Below, piece after piece: positions 19,801 through 29,819 of a stretch of DNA of 60,493 bases (the first letter of the stretch is position 1; each line of letters begins with the position of its first letter). The notes beneath the pieces were generated by a model. That model was given only the letters and a program-made list of their open reading frames with translations, did not search any database and was not told the DNA's origin. A program made the position numbers and the translations under genes. Source of the stretch: Bacteroidales bacterium (GTDB lineage Bacteria; Bacteroidota; Bacteroidia; Bacteroidales; UBA7960). The DNA lies in contig PWLF01000078.1 of the NCBI GenBank assembly GCA_003559475.1, positions 1 to 60,493 on the forward strand, in the 5' to 3' direction.

Positions 19801-19941
19801 ATGAAACAATTTATTATAGCTGTTTTTATTATAGTTTTATTTATTGGTCTTATGAGCTGTAAAAGCCAAAGACAAACTTGTCCTGCGTGTATTCAAGTTC
19901 AACACGTTGAACAAATCACCGATAATAAATCAAAATTATAA
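19801..19941 (+). CDS. possible small lipoprotein ORF (46 aa)
   Basis: MKQFIIAVFIIVLFIGLMSCKSQRQTCPACIQVQHVEQITDNKSKL has a clean signal peptide plus lipobox (LMSC) and a CPAC motif. Confidence 0.35.
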   Translation: MKQFIIAVFIIVLFIGLMSCKSQRQTCPACIQVQHVEQITDNKSKL

Positions 19942-20069
19942 TACTCATTGATTTAATCTTTGATTATTTTCTCTATTCTTTAACAAATTGCAAAGTCAGG
20001 CAAAATTTGTATTTTCCTTCGTGAAGCTTTTTTAAAAACCATTAATTTGTTTTCTTTTTTGTAATTTTG

Positions 20070-20972
20070 ATGACTATTTTAAATCATTTTTTACTTAAAA
20101 GTAATATTCCTTTGGAAGAAAGAAAAACTAAATACTTAAGAAAGCCATCTTGGCTACGCACACAATTAACTGAAGTTCAGAATTATTCAAAAATCAAAAA
20201 TATATTGAACTCCGGTTCATTACACACTATATGTGAAAGCGGTAAATGCCCAAACAAAGCCGAATGCTGGAAAAATGGAACGGCTACTTACATGATATTA
20301 GGTGATATATGTACAAGAAACTGCAAATTTTGTGCTGTAAAATCAGGAAGTCCAAAACCTCCCGACAATAATGAGCCGCAAAATATCGCTAATGCCGTTG
20401 CAAAAATGAAGATCAAGCACTGTGTGCTAACATCCGTTGACAGAGATGACCTCAAAGATGGAGGAGCTTCTTTATGGGCAGAAACAATTATTGCAATAAA
20501 AACAAAATCCCCAAAAACAACCATAGAAACACTTATTCCTGACTTTAAAGGAGAGCCCGGTCTGATTCAAAAAGTTATTGACGCAAAACCGAATATCATT
20601 TCTCATAACCTTGAAACTGTTAGAAGACTAACTCCTAAAATACGAACCGTTGCAAAATACGAGACAAGTTTGAATGTTTTATCTTTTATCGCATCCAAAG
20701 GTATAAGAGCAAAATCAGGTATAATGACAGGACTGGGTGAAACCGACGATGAAATTTATGAAACTATGGATGACCTGTTAAACGTAAATTGTAAAATCAT
20801 GACCATAGGTCAATATCTTCAACCATCAACAGAACAGTTGCCGGTTGACAGATATGTATCCCCCGAAAAATTTGAGGAATATAAAAATATTGGTCTGAAA
20901 AAAGGTTTTAAATTTATTGAAAGTCAACCATTGGTAAGATCTTCTTATCATGCTGAAAAACATATAAAATAG
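20070..20972 (+). CDS. lipA: lipoyl synthase
   Basis: KPSWLR, N-terminal cluster CESGKCPNKAEC, and radical-SAM CTRNCKFC. I prefer the ATG at 20070 to the TTG at 20067. Confidence 0.95.
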   Translation: MTILNHFLLKSNIPLEERKTKYLRKPSWLRTQLTEVQNYSKIKNILNSGSLHTICESGKCPNKAECWKNGTATYMILGDICTRNCKFCAVKSGSPKPPDNNEPQNIANAVAKMKIKHCVLTSVDRDDLKDGGASLWAETIIAIKTKSPKTTIETLIPDFKGEPGLIQKVIDAKPNIISHNLETVRRLTPKIRTVAKYETSLNVLSFIASKGIRAKSGIMTGLGETDDEIYETMDDLLNVNCKIMTIGQYLQPSTEQLPVDRYVSPEKFEEYKNIGLKKGFKFIESQPLVRSSYHAEKHIK

Positions 20973-20987
20973 CTAATAATAAAACTA

Positions 20988-22190
20988 ATGAAGCAAATAA
21001 CTTTTTTAATTCTTTTTTTTGTATTCTTGAATGGTTTAAATTGCTGCCCCCGCTGTGGGAGGCAAAGCCATAATGATTCGAAGAATTCTGACATTGTGCC
21101 GGGAGCATATCAAACACTAAACTATTTCCCCTTAATTGAAAATAAGCGTATCGGTTTTGTAGGAAATCATACATCAAAAATCGGAGAAGTTCATTTAGTG
21201 GATACATTAATCCGCTCAGGCTTTAAGCTGGTGCGAATTTTTAGTCCGGAACACGGATTCAGAGGTAAAGCAGCAGCCGGCGAATATGTTGAAGATGGAA
21301 CAGACATCGAAACAGGAGTCCCGGTAATCAGTCTTTATGGCAAAAACCGAAGACCAAAAAAAGAGCAATTAATTGATATTGACGTAATAATTTTTGACAT
21401 TCAGGATGTCGGAGCAAGATTTTATACTTACATATCAACTATGACTTATGTTATGGAGGAAGCTGCAAAAAATAACATCCCCGTTATTATACTTGATCGC
21501 CCGAATCCTAATGGTCATTATGTTGACGGACCTGTTTTAGAGCCCGAATACTCATCATTTGTCGGTTTACACCCCATACCTGTTGTTCATGGCATGACAG
21601 TTGGGGAATATGCACTGATGGTTAATGGTGAAGGATGGCTAAAAGATAATCTTGAAAGCAATCTGACAATAATACAAGTTGCCAACTACGACCGTAGTAT
21701 GCCATTTAATATCAAAACTAAGCCTTCGCCTAATTTACCGAATATGACAGCAATATATCTTTACCCGTCATTATGCTTTTTTGAAGGTACTGAAATAAGC
21801 GTAGGAAGGGGAACAAACAAGCCTTTTCAAATATTTGGACATCCTTCTCTGCCAGAGAATATATTTAATTATGAATTTGTGCCGGAAAGTGTTCCTGCTG
21901 CACCTGAACCTCCCCTGCTTAACAAAACATGCAACGGAATGAACCTGTCTGAAATAAATCCCGAAAAAATACGGAATAAAGGATATCTAGACCTCTCATA
22001 CCTTTTAATGGCATATAAGAACTTTCCGGATAAAGATAATTTTTTTAATAACTTCTTTGATCTGCTTGCCGGAACAGACAAACTTAGAAAGCAGATAATA
22101 AACAATTACACAGAAAAAGAAATCAGGCAATCATGGGAAAAAGACTTAAGTAATTTTAAAAAAATAAGAGAAAAGTATTTGATTTATTAG
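20988..22190 (+). CDS. DUF1343 family protein (exo-beta-N-acetylmuramidase NamZ-like)
   Basis: Signal or lipoprotein-like N-terminus. IGFVGNHTS...FSPEHGFRG...ISLYG...DIQDVGARFYTYIST is the characteristic DUF1343 pattern. Confidence 0.75.
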   Translation: MKQITFLILFFVFLNGLNCCPRCGRQSHNDSKNSDIVPGAYQTLNYFPLIENKRIGFVGNHTSKIGEVHLVDTLIRSGFKLVRIFSPEHGFRGKAAAGEYVEDGTDIETGVPVISLYGKNRRPKKEQLIDIDVIIFDIQDVGARFYTYISTMTYVMEEAAKNNIPVIILDRPNPNGHYVDGPVLEPEYSSFVGLHPIPVVHGMTVGEYALMVNGEGWLKDNLESNLTIIQVANYDRSMPFNIKTKPSPNLPNMTAIYLYPSLCFFEGTEISVGRGTNKPFQIFGHPSLPENIFNYEFVPESVPAAPEPPLLNKTCNGMNLSEINPEKIRNKGYLDLSYLLMAYKNFPDKDNFFNNFFDLLAGTDKLRKQIINNYTEKEIRQSWEKDLSNFKKIREKYLIY

Positions 22191-22204
22191 TTTTGATAAA
22201 AGTG

Positions 22205-22212
22205 TAATTTTG
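22205..22212 (+). promoter_or_regulatory. -7 promoter box TAATTTTG(CA)
   Basis: Exact TAnnTTTG 32 nt upstream of the ATG at 22244. Confidence 0.45.
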
Positions 22213-22243
22213 CATTATACTTTAACTTTTAAATTTATTAATT

Positions 22244-24307
22244 ATGCAGAAACAATTATCCACACCATTAGTTTTAATCTTTGCCGTCTCTTTTGCATTA
22301 TACATCAATACCTTAGGTCATGATTATGCCTTAGATGATACTTTGATGATAACCGAGAACAAACTCACCAAACAAGGCATAGAAGGGATTGGAAGTATAT
22401 TAACAACAGATGCTTTTTTTGGCTTTTTTGAAGAAGAAAAAGCTCTGCTTGAAGGAGGAAGATACAGACCATTATCACACATAACTTTCGCTGTTGAATA
22501 TGAATTTTTTGGACCTAATCCTTTTATCGGACATCTAATCAATATATTACTCCACGCCTTATTATGCTGTTTAATATTTATCACACTAAAAAAACTACTC
22601 CCATCAAACTCAAACAACAATAAATGGTTTCTTTCCTTACCTTTTATTATTACAATAATATATGCCGTTCACCCTATTCATACTGAAGTGGTTGCAAATA
22701 TTAAGGGAAGAGACGAACTTTTAAGTATGCTTTTCAGTATAGCTGCTTTATATTTTTATATTAAATTTCTGCAGGAGAAAAACAAAATATTTTTCGGAGT
22801 ATTAACAAGCGGAATATTTCTTTTAGCACTATTATCCAAAGAAAATGCTCTTACTTTTCTTGCTGTTATTCCTCTTAGCATATATTATTTTACCAAGCAT
22901 ACATTAAAAGATAATCTTAAAAACATCTACATTCTTATTATACCTATTGCCATTTTTTTCTTATTGAGATACAACGCATTAGGATATATTATCGGCTCGG
23001 GTATAACATCAAAAGAAATTTTAAATAACCCATTTTTATATGCCACAACAAGTGAAAGATATGCAACAATATTTTATACTATGTTTGTTTATCTTAGACT
23101 ATTGATATTCCCCCACCCTCTTACACATGATTATTACCCGAATCACATACCTATAGTTGGATGGGAACACCCTCTCGTTATACTTTCATTTTTAATTTAC
23201 GCAAGCATAGGTGTTTTTGCCATCAAAAGCTTAAAAACAAAGCATACTGCAGGATATGGAATATGGTTCTTCTTACTCACATTTTCGATTTTCTCGAATA
23301 TCTTGTTTTCTATAGGAACTTTTATGAATGAACGGTTTATGTTCATGCCTTCATTGGGATTCTGTATAGCTGCAGGATATTTTATACAAAAGATTATTAC
23401 AGGAGAAATCATTAAACATAAAGATGCTTCATACATAACTACAGTATTGTTTTTTGTTATTCTCGCAGGATTCAGCTATAAAACGATAGACAGGAATAAA
23501 GCATGGAAAGATGACTATACTCTTTTTACAACAGATGTGAAAACCTCTGATAAAAGCATAAAAGTTAATGTTTCCGCCGGAGGTGCTTTAATAGAAAAAG
23601 CATTAAAACCTGAAATAAGTGAAGCTGAGAAGCAATTAAAACTTGAAAAAGCCATTAATTACCTTGAACGCGGAGTTTCATTGCATCAAAATTATCTTTC
23701 CGGGTGGTTGCTATTGGGGAATGCTTATGTTTATTCCGGTTATAAAGAAAAGTCAATGGAAGCATATATGCGCTGCCTTGAAATAAACCCAAACTACGAG
23801 TTGGCATACAATAACCTGCTAATGCTGGGAAGAAGAGCAAGAAGAGAAAACAACCTTGAAGTAGCACAAAAAAGCTTTGAAAAACTTAAATCACGAAGCC
23901 CTGAAAACAGCGAATATATTTATGAACTTGCTTTAGTTTATGAAAAAAAAGAAGAATTTGAAAAAACCATTGATCTTCTACATGAAGTTATTGAACTTAA
24001 TCCCGGACATTACAAAGCCATAAGAAAAATCGGAGAAATAAAAGGAAAGGTCCTTGGCGATATAGAAGAATCGCTAAAATATCTTAACAGAGCTTATGAA
24101 ATAAATCCTGATGATCTTACAACCCTTGCTAATCTTGGTGTGGCTTATGGAATAATAAACGAATTTGAAAAATCTCTGGAATTCCTTTATAAAGCATTGG
24201 AAGTAAGCCCTGAAGACAAGAACTTAATGAGAAATATTTCATTTACTTATTTGAGAAAAGGAGAGCCGGAAAAAGCTCAAAAATATTCAGAAAAAGTTGA
24301 AGAATAA
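22244..24307 (+). CDS. polytopic membrane GT-C-like (TMTC/PMT-like) protein with C-terminal TPR repeats
   Basis: N-terminal YALDDTLMITEN and GGRYRPLSHITF motifs resemble TMTC/PMT_2 glycosyltransferases. About 10 TM helices are followed by at least 5 TPR repeats (res ~480-687). Confidence 0.7.
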   Translation: MQKQLSTPLVLIFAVSFALYINTLGHDYALDDTLMITENKLTKQGIEGIGSILTTDAFFGFFEEEKALLEGGRYRPLSHITFAVEYEFFGPNPFIGHLINILLHALLCCLIFITLKKLLPSNSNNNKWFLSLPFIITIIYAVHPIHTEVVANIKGRDELLSMLFSIAALYFYIKFLQEKNKIFFGVLTSGIFLLALLSKENALTFLAVIPLSIYYFTKHTLKDNLKNIYILIIPIAIFFLLRYNALGYIIGSGITSKEILNNPFLYATTSERYATIFYTMFVYLRLLIFPHPLTHDYYPNHIPIVGWEHPLVILSFLIYASIGVFAIKSLKTKHTAGYGIWFFLLTFSIFSNILFSIGTFMNERFMFMPSLGFCIAAGYFIQKIITGEIIKHKDASYITTVLFFVILAGFSYKTIDRNKAWKDDYTLFTTDVKTSDKSIKVNVSAGGALIEKALKPEISEAEKQLKLEKAINYLERGVSLHQNYLSGWLLLGNAYVYSGYKEKSMEAYMRCLEINPNYELAYNNLLMLGRRARRENNLEVAQKSFEKLKSRSPENSEYIYELALVYEKKEEFEKTIDLLHEVIELNPGHYKAIRKIGEIKGKVLGDIEESLKYLNRAYEINPDDLTTLANLGVAYGIINEFEKSLEFLYKALEVSPEDKNLMRNISFTYLRKGEPEKAQKYSEKVEE

Positions 24308-24318
24308 TACATTTTGTA

Positions 24319-25197
24319 ATGAATCCACTTTCAAATAAAATTAGAAATATAAAGGATTTTATCAAGAACGAAATAAAAGATTTATATCCTGAAAATGAGT
24401 CAGAAGCAATATCAACAATTATTCTGGAAAACTCATTCGGCATTAGTAAAAAAGACATTATATTATCACCTGATACGCGAATAAGTGAGTCGGAAATCGT
24501 CAATGTTATTAAAATTGTAAAACGTTTAAAAAACCATGAACCTGTTCAATATATCACAGGCGTTACTGATTTTTTAGATTTGAAGTTGAAAGTAAAGCCC
24601 CCTGTTTTGATTCCGCGACCTGAAACTGAGGAGTTAGTTCTTTGGATTGAAAAAGAATTGAGAGAAAAAAAACTAACCGAAGGTAATCTTTTAGACTTTG
24701 GCTCAGGTAGTGGGTGTATTGCTTTAGCTATAAAAAAACTATTGCCGGGCTTATCCGTTTGCGGTCTGGATAAAAATCATGAAGCTATAGAACTATCTAA
24801 AGAAAACGCATCCAATAATAATATTGAAGCAGAATTTTTCGAAAGAGACATTTTTTCTTTAACAGAAAAAGACGATTTAATAAAAAAAGACTGGGATGTT
24901 TGGGTAAGCAATCCTCCTTATGTCAGAATTTCTGAAAAAAGTAATATAAGAAACAATGTTTTAACTCATGAACCACACGAGGCACTTTTTGTTAATGATG
25001 ACGAGCCCTTGATATTTTACGAAAAAATTTCAGAGCTGGCAAAAAAAATATTAAAACCAAAAAGTTTAGTATTTTTTGAAATCAACGAAGCTCTAGGCAT
25101 GCATATAAAGCAATTATTAAAAAACAAGAACTTTTCAAACATTGAAATCAAAAAAGACATAAATGATAAGGATAGGTTTGTTAAAGCAACAATATAA
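24319..25197 (+). CDS. prmC: peptide chain release factor N5-glutamine methyltransferase
   Basis: SAM-binding LDFGSGSGCI, catalytic NPPY (VSNPPYV), and HEPHEALF. Confidence 0.85.
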   Translation: MNPLSNKIRNIKDFIKNEIKDLYPENESEAISTIILENSFGISKKDIILSPDTRISESEIVNVIKIVKRLKNHEPVQYITGVTDFLDLKLKVKPPVLIPRPETEELVLWIEKELREKKLTEGNLLDFGSGSGCIALAIKKLLPGLSVCGLDKNHEAIELSKENASNNNIEAEFFERDIFSLTEKDDLIKKDWDVWVSNPPYVRISEKSNIRNNVLTHEPHEALFVNDDEPLIFYEKISELAKKILKPKSLVFFEINEALGMHIKQLLKNKNFSNIEIKKDINDKDRFVKATI

Positions 25198-25476
25198 CAG
25201 CTATAGTAATTTGTTGGTTTTTTTATCAAAGATAGACAGAATATCTTAAAAGAGGTAATTTTTATCAGTTTTTTAATCATACTAAAGGTCCAATGATAGC
25301 TATTTGTGGCAATAGAAGATATTTTAGTCTTTATAAAGATATTCAAAAATCTCACCTCCTAAATTAATGAGACCTTTTCGGTAATTATCATCATACATTT
25401 ACAGTAGATTAAAAGTTTTAAGTTTTACAGGAAATAATTTTTATCATTTATTTAAACAATTTTGTTTTAAGAATGT

Positions 25477-25484
25477 TACTTTTG
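25477..25484 (+). promoter_or_regulatory. -7 promoter box TACTTTTG for sod
   Basis: Exact TAnnTTTG 42 nt upstream of the ATG at 25526. Confidence 0.4.
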
Positions 25485-25525
25485 TTATAAAAAATTAAAT
25501 TAATGTATAAAAATAATAAAAAGTT

Positions 25526-26257
25526 ATGAAAAGAAATTTAATCAAAAAGCCGGCAATACTAATTATAACATTTCTTGTTATAGGTGGCATCTTACAATCA
25601 CATAAAAATATTTGTGAAGTAAAGAGAAACAAACATAAGGACACAAATATTCACAAATTACCGGAATTGGAATATGATTATGCAGCCTTAGAGCCGCATA
25701 TAGATGCTCTCACTATGGAAATTCATCATAGTAAGCATCACCGGGCATATGTAAACAACTTCAATTCAGCAATAAAAGGCACTGAATTGGAGAAAATGTC
25801 TTTAGAAAACATATTTGAAAATATGAGTAAGCATCCTGTTAGCGTGCGAAATAATGGTGGTGGGCACTATAATCACACTTTGTTTTGGAAAGTTTTATCA
25901 CCAAAAGGCGGTGGAAAACCAGGTAAAAATCTATATGCTGCTATAGAAAAAAGATTTGTTTCTTTTGATAATTTTAAAAAAGAGTTTAATGCAGTTGCTA
26001 CAACTCGTTTTGGCAGTGGGTGGGCTTGGCTTATAGTAGATAAAGAAGGTGAGTTACAAGTAACAAGCACACCAAACCAAGATAACCCTTTAATGGATGT
26101 AGCTGACATGCATGGAATTCCTATTCTTGGTATTGACGTTTGGGAACATGCTTACTATTTAAAGTACCAGAATCGCAGGTCTGATTATATTGAAGCTTTC
26201 TGGAATGTGATAAACTGGAAGGAAGTTGAAAGAAGGTATAATAAAATTGTTAATTAA
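25526..26257 (+). CDS. sodB: Fe/Mn superoxide dismutase with an N-terminal signal/anchor extension
   Basis: [36 protein letters not shown] and [15 protein letters not shown]. About 40 extra N-terminal residues contain a hydrophobic helix. Confidence 0.92.
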   Translation: MKRNLIKKPAILIITFLVIGGILQSHKNICEVKRNKHKDTNIHKLPELEYDYAALEPHIDALTMEIHHSKHHRAYVNNFNSAIKGTELEKMSLENIFENMSKHPVSVRNNGGGHYNHTLFWKVLSPKGGGKPGKNLYAAIEKRFVSFDNFKKEFNAVATTRFGSGWAWLIVDKEGELQVTSTPNQDNPLMDVADMHGIPILGIDVWEHAYYLKYQNRRSDYIEAFWNVINWKEVERRYNKIVN

Positions 26258-26325
26258 AACAGAATGTGACCCATTTTAAATCAGCTTGCTAGATAAGAAT
26301 AATAAATAATTCTGTATAGATAAAC

Positions 26326-26375
26326 AACCTCCCTAAAACCTATAAAACAATAATTTTAGGGAGGTTATTCCATTT
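26326..26375 (+). terminator. intrinsic terminator after sod
   Basis: 13-bp stem AACCTCCCTAAAA / TTTTAGGGAGGTT (26326-26338 / 26354-26366) followed by a T-rich tail. Confidence 0.6.
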
Positions 26376-26466
26376 TCTTAATGCTAAATATACTTTAATT
26401 TTTCATATCTTACAAAATTGTGGAAAACCTGTAAAATAATTCATTTTATCCCGGCGTATTTTTTAA

Positions 26467-26474
26467 TATATTTG
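26467..26474 (+). promoter_or_regulatory. -7 promoter box TATATTTG(CA) for the uvrD/pcrA-like gene
   Basis: Exact TAnnTTTG 24 nt upstream of the ATG at 26498. Confidence 0.45.
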
Positions 26475-26497
26475 CAAATAAAAACAATTGATTTTCG

Positions 26498-28819
26498 ATG
26501 GCTGATTTTTTAAACCAACTTAATGACTCGCAAAAACAAGCGGTAAAAGAAACTGAAGGTCCTGTTATGGTCATAGCAGGAGCAGGATCAGGGAAAACCC
26601 GGGTACTAACATACCGCATTGCATACTTGCTTAGTAAAGGCGTTAGCCCATTTTCAATATTAGCTCTGACTTTCACTAATAAAGCCGCTAAAGAAATGAA
26701 AGAGCGTATCGCCTCATTAGTTGGTCATAACCTTGCAAGAAACCTTTGGATGGGAACTTTCCATTCCGTTTTTGCAAGAATTTTAAGAGCCGAAGCTGAT
26801 AAAATTGGCTTTAACAATAACTTCACAATATATGATACTACCGACTCTAAAAGATTGATAAAAAAGATAATAAAAGAACAAAATCTTGATGAAAAAGCAT
26901 ATAATCCCGGATTAGTACTAAACAGAATATCATCGGCGAAGAACAACTTAATATCTGCTCATGATTACAACGAAGATTTTGAGATACAACTACATGACAA
27001 ACAGGCGAATAAACCTAAAATAGGACTTTTGTACAGCATCTACCAAAATCGCCTTGCCAAAGCATCGGCAATGGATTTTGATGACTTACTTTTTTTTACA
27101 AATGTTCTTTTAAGAGATTTTCCCGATGTATTATACAAATACCAAAAGAAATTCCGGTATATTCTTGTTGATGAGTATCAAGACACAAACTATTCTCAAT
27201 ACCTGATTGTGAAAAAACTGGCATCGGACAACGAAAATCTTTGTATAGTCGGCGATGATGCTCAAAGCATATATGCATTCAGAGGAGCAAATATCGCTAA
27301 TATCCTGAATTTTAAGAAAGATTATCCCGAACACAAAATCTTTAAGCTGGAACAAAATTATCGTTCAACACAAAACATTGTTAAAGCTGCAAATGGAATA
27401 ATAAAAAACAATAAAGAGCAAATTTTTAAAGAGATTTGGACCTCCAATGATACTGGTGAAAAAATACGGATATTAAACTTATCCAGTGAAGCAGAAGAAG
27501 CTGCAATGGTGGCTTCAAAAATCTCCGACAAAAAAGATAATGATAAAGCTAAAAATAAAGACTTTGCTATACTCTATCGGACTAATGCTCAATCAAGAGC
27601 TATAGAAGAAGCTTTAAGAAAAAAACAAATACCTTATAAGGTTTTTGGCGGGCTTTCATTTTATCAAAGAAAAGAGGTAAAAGACGTTTTAGCATATTTC
27701 AGATTAATAATTAACAACAAAGACGAAGATGCTCTTACGAGAATAATAAACTTTCCGGCAAGAGGAATAGGAAACACAACAATAAACAAACTTATAGTTG
27801 CTGCCAACGAGAATAACGCATCATTATGGGATGTTGTAGAGAATCCCGCAAAGTTTAAAATACCTCTTGGAAGCAATATAATCGGGAGACTCAGTGACTT
27901 TTCATCAATGATAAAAAGCTTTAATCTTCAATTAAATAAGCTAAATGCTTATGAGTTGGGCAAAAAAGTTGCTAAAGAAAGCGGTATTTTAAAGTTTTAT
28001 TTCGATCAAGACAACCCGGAAGCAATAAACAGAAAAGAAAACGTCGAAGAGTTAATTAATGGTCTTAGCGAATTTTGTGAAATAATAAATAGTGAAAATA
28101 ATATTAACCAAACAGAAGATGTTGAGGGAGAAGAAAAAGCTGATTCGCTTGAAGCATTTATGCAAGATGTAGCTTTAATGACAGATCTTGACACCGAAAA
28201 CGACCCTAAAGATACCAACAAGGTGTCATTAATGACTATACACTCGGCTAAAGGCTTGGAATTTCCAAACGTTTTTTTAGTAGGGCTTGAAGAAAATTTG
28301 TTCCCTTCATTTATGTCAACAGGCTCAAGCACTGAACTGGAAGAAGAAAGGCGATTATTTTACGTTGCAGTTACACGAGCAATGAACTCTTTAACAATAT
28401 CTCATTGCGATTCAAGGTTTAAATATGGAAACTTTAATTTCTGCGAACCCAGCAGATTTATTGAAGAACTTAATAAAGACTGCATAGAAGAATGCTTTGA
28501 ACATTATCAAACTAGCAAAAAAACATTTGATAAGAATAAAACTACAGGAGTTAGTAAGAGTGACAGTTCAAAAAAATCACTAACCCCTTTAAAAAAATCA
28601 TCAAAAAAGACCGTTAATCAAGAAAATAACGGTGAATTTAGAATATTTGATAAAGAAAACTTAAGCGTTAATATGATTATTGAGCATCAAAAATTCGGCG
28701 AAGGCAAAATAATTGAAATAGGCGGCGAAAATGATAATACTCAAGCAACAGTAGTATTTAATGGCTTTGGAAAGAAAAAATTACTGTTAAAATATGCAAA
28801 AATCAAACTTATTAATTAG
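26498..28819 (+). CDS. uvrD: ATP-dependent DNA helicase, UvrD/PcrA/Rep family
   Basis: Walker A AGAGSGKT, DEYQDTN, YRS, TIHSAKGLEF, and the C-terminal Tudor-like HQKFGEGKI region. Confidence 0.93.
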   Translation: MADFLNQLNDSQKQAVKETEGPVMVIAGAGSGKTRVLTYRIAYLLSKGVSPFSILALTFTNKAAKEMKERIASLVGHNLARNLWMGTFHSVFARILRAEADKIGFNNNFTIYDTTDSKRLIKKIIKEQNLDEKAYNPGLVLNRISSAKNNLISAHDYNEDFEIQLHDKQANKPKIGLLYSIYQNRLAKASAMDFDDLLFFTNVLLRDFPDVLYKYQKKFRYILVDEYQDTNYSQYLIVKKLASDNENLCIVGDDAQSIYAFRGANIANILNFKKDYPEHKIFKLEQNYRSTQNIVKAANGIIKNNKEQIFKEIWTSNDTGEKIRILNLSSEAEEAAMVASKISDKKDNDKAKNKDFAILYRTNAQSRAIEEALRKKQIPYKVFGGLSFYQRKEVKDVLAYFRLIINNKDEDALTRIINFPARGIGNTTINKLIVAANENNASLWDVVENPAKFKIPLGSNIIGRLSDFSSMIKSFNLQLNKLNAYELGKKVAKESGILKFYFDQDNPEAINRKENVEELINGLSEFCEIINSENNINQTEDVEGEEKADSLEAFMQDVALMTDLDTENDPKDTNKVSLMTIHSAKGLEFPNVFLVGLEENLFPSFMSTGSSTELEEERRLFYVAVTRAMNSLTISHCDSRFKYGNFNFCEPSRFIEELNKDCIEECFEHYQTSKKTFDKNKTTGVSKSDSSKKSLTPLKKSSKKTVNQENNGEFRIFDKENLSVNMIIEHQKFGEGKIIEIGGENDNTQATVVFNGFGKKKLLLKYAKIKLIN

Positions 28820-28860
28820 AATTATTAAACTATACTGTAAAAAAATAAAACATCAAAAAT

Positions 28861-29796
28861 ATGGACAACACATTAATAAAAGACAAAATTTGCAATCTTC
28901 TTGAATCTGTTGCAGAAAAAACAGAAAGCATTAATAAGACAGATAAACCGGAATCTCTTATGGAAATTGATTTAGTTCTTGATGAATTAAAGCAGTTATA
29001 CAAAGAATTTTATCTGTTAAAAAAAATAAATGAAAGACAATTATACTCAAGTGAAAAAAACAAAGAAATAACAACAGATATAAAAGACACTTCAGAGAGA
29101 ACATTTCCAAGAAAATTTGTAACTCCACCTCCAAAAGATGAAATAAAAGAGCCTCAGGATATAGAAAAGGAGGAAGAACCTGAAAAAGAAATAATAGATA
29201 GCAAAGAAGACGATATCAAAAAAGAAAAAGAGGAAAGGCCTATAAAAGATAATTTGGAAAAAGTAGAGCAGGAAAGAAAAGAAGTTTCACCTCAAAAACA
29301 GACAGAAGACACAGAAAATGAAACTAAACAAACAAGCGAGTCAACAGAATCAGAATCATTAAAAAAAGGAACACCAAAAAAAGCTAAAGAAACTTCCGGC
29401 AAAAGAAAAAATAAATCAGTTGCCGAAGTTGCCGGAAAGCAACAAAGTAAAGCAATCGGAGATAAATACGTTGCTAATGAAGATACTTCGCTGAATGTCA
29501 GGTTATCTAAAATGAAAGAAGCCGTAGATATAGGAACAAGAATGCAACATAAACCAATTAAAAACCTAAAAGAAAGCATTGGTGTTAATGAAAAATTCTT
29601 GTTTATAAATGAACTTTTTGAGGGTGATATTGATGCATATAATGAAGCTATAAATAAACTCAACTCTTTTGAAAATATTGACGAAGCATTCGATTATATC
29701 AATACCCTTAATGAGAATTATTCTTGGGATATACAGGATTCTCCCGACACTATTGATAAATTTGCCTATTTAGTGCAAAGAAGATACATGACATAA
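28861..29796 (+). CDS. hypothetical protein with a K/E-rich disordered centre and a conserved-looking C-terminal domain
   Basis: Long ORF in a tight gene array with no signal peptide. Residues ~70-190 are strongly K/E/T-rich. The C-terminus (NEKFLFINELFEGDIDAYNEAINKL) looks globular. Confidence 0.6.
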   Translation: MDNTLIKDKICNLLESVAEKTESINKTDKPESLMEIDLVLDELKQLYKEFYLLKKINERQLYSSEKNKEITTDIKDTSERTFPRKFVTPPPKDEIKEPQDIEKEEEPEKEIIDSKEDDIKKEKEERPIKDNLEKVEQERKEVSPQKQTEDTENETKQTSESTESESLKKGTPKKAKETSGKRKNKSVAEVAGKQQSKAIGDKYVANEDTSLNVRLSKMKEAVDIGTRMQHKPIKNLKESIGVNEKFLFINELFEGDIDAYNEAINKLNSFENIDEAFDYINTLNENYSWDIQDSPDTIDKFAYLVQRRYMT

Positions 29797-29819
29797 TTAT
29801 TTATAAAACAACTATCTTA

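Noticed and set aside
20062-20069. TAATTTTG -7-like box directly abutting the lipA ATG
   Set aside because: A transcription start about 7 nt downstream would fall inside the CDS. It would remove the conserved LipA N-terminus, and the next Met lies beyond the first Fe-S cluster motif. The match is most likely chance in AT-rich DNA.
25017-25355. 112-aa minus-strand ORF spanning the prmC 3' end and the downstream spacer
   Set aside because: It is antisense to prmC for half its length, with no recognisable motif and an Ile/Phe/Lys-rich composition. It is likely spurious.
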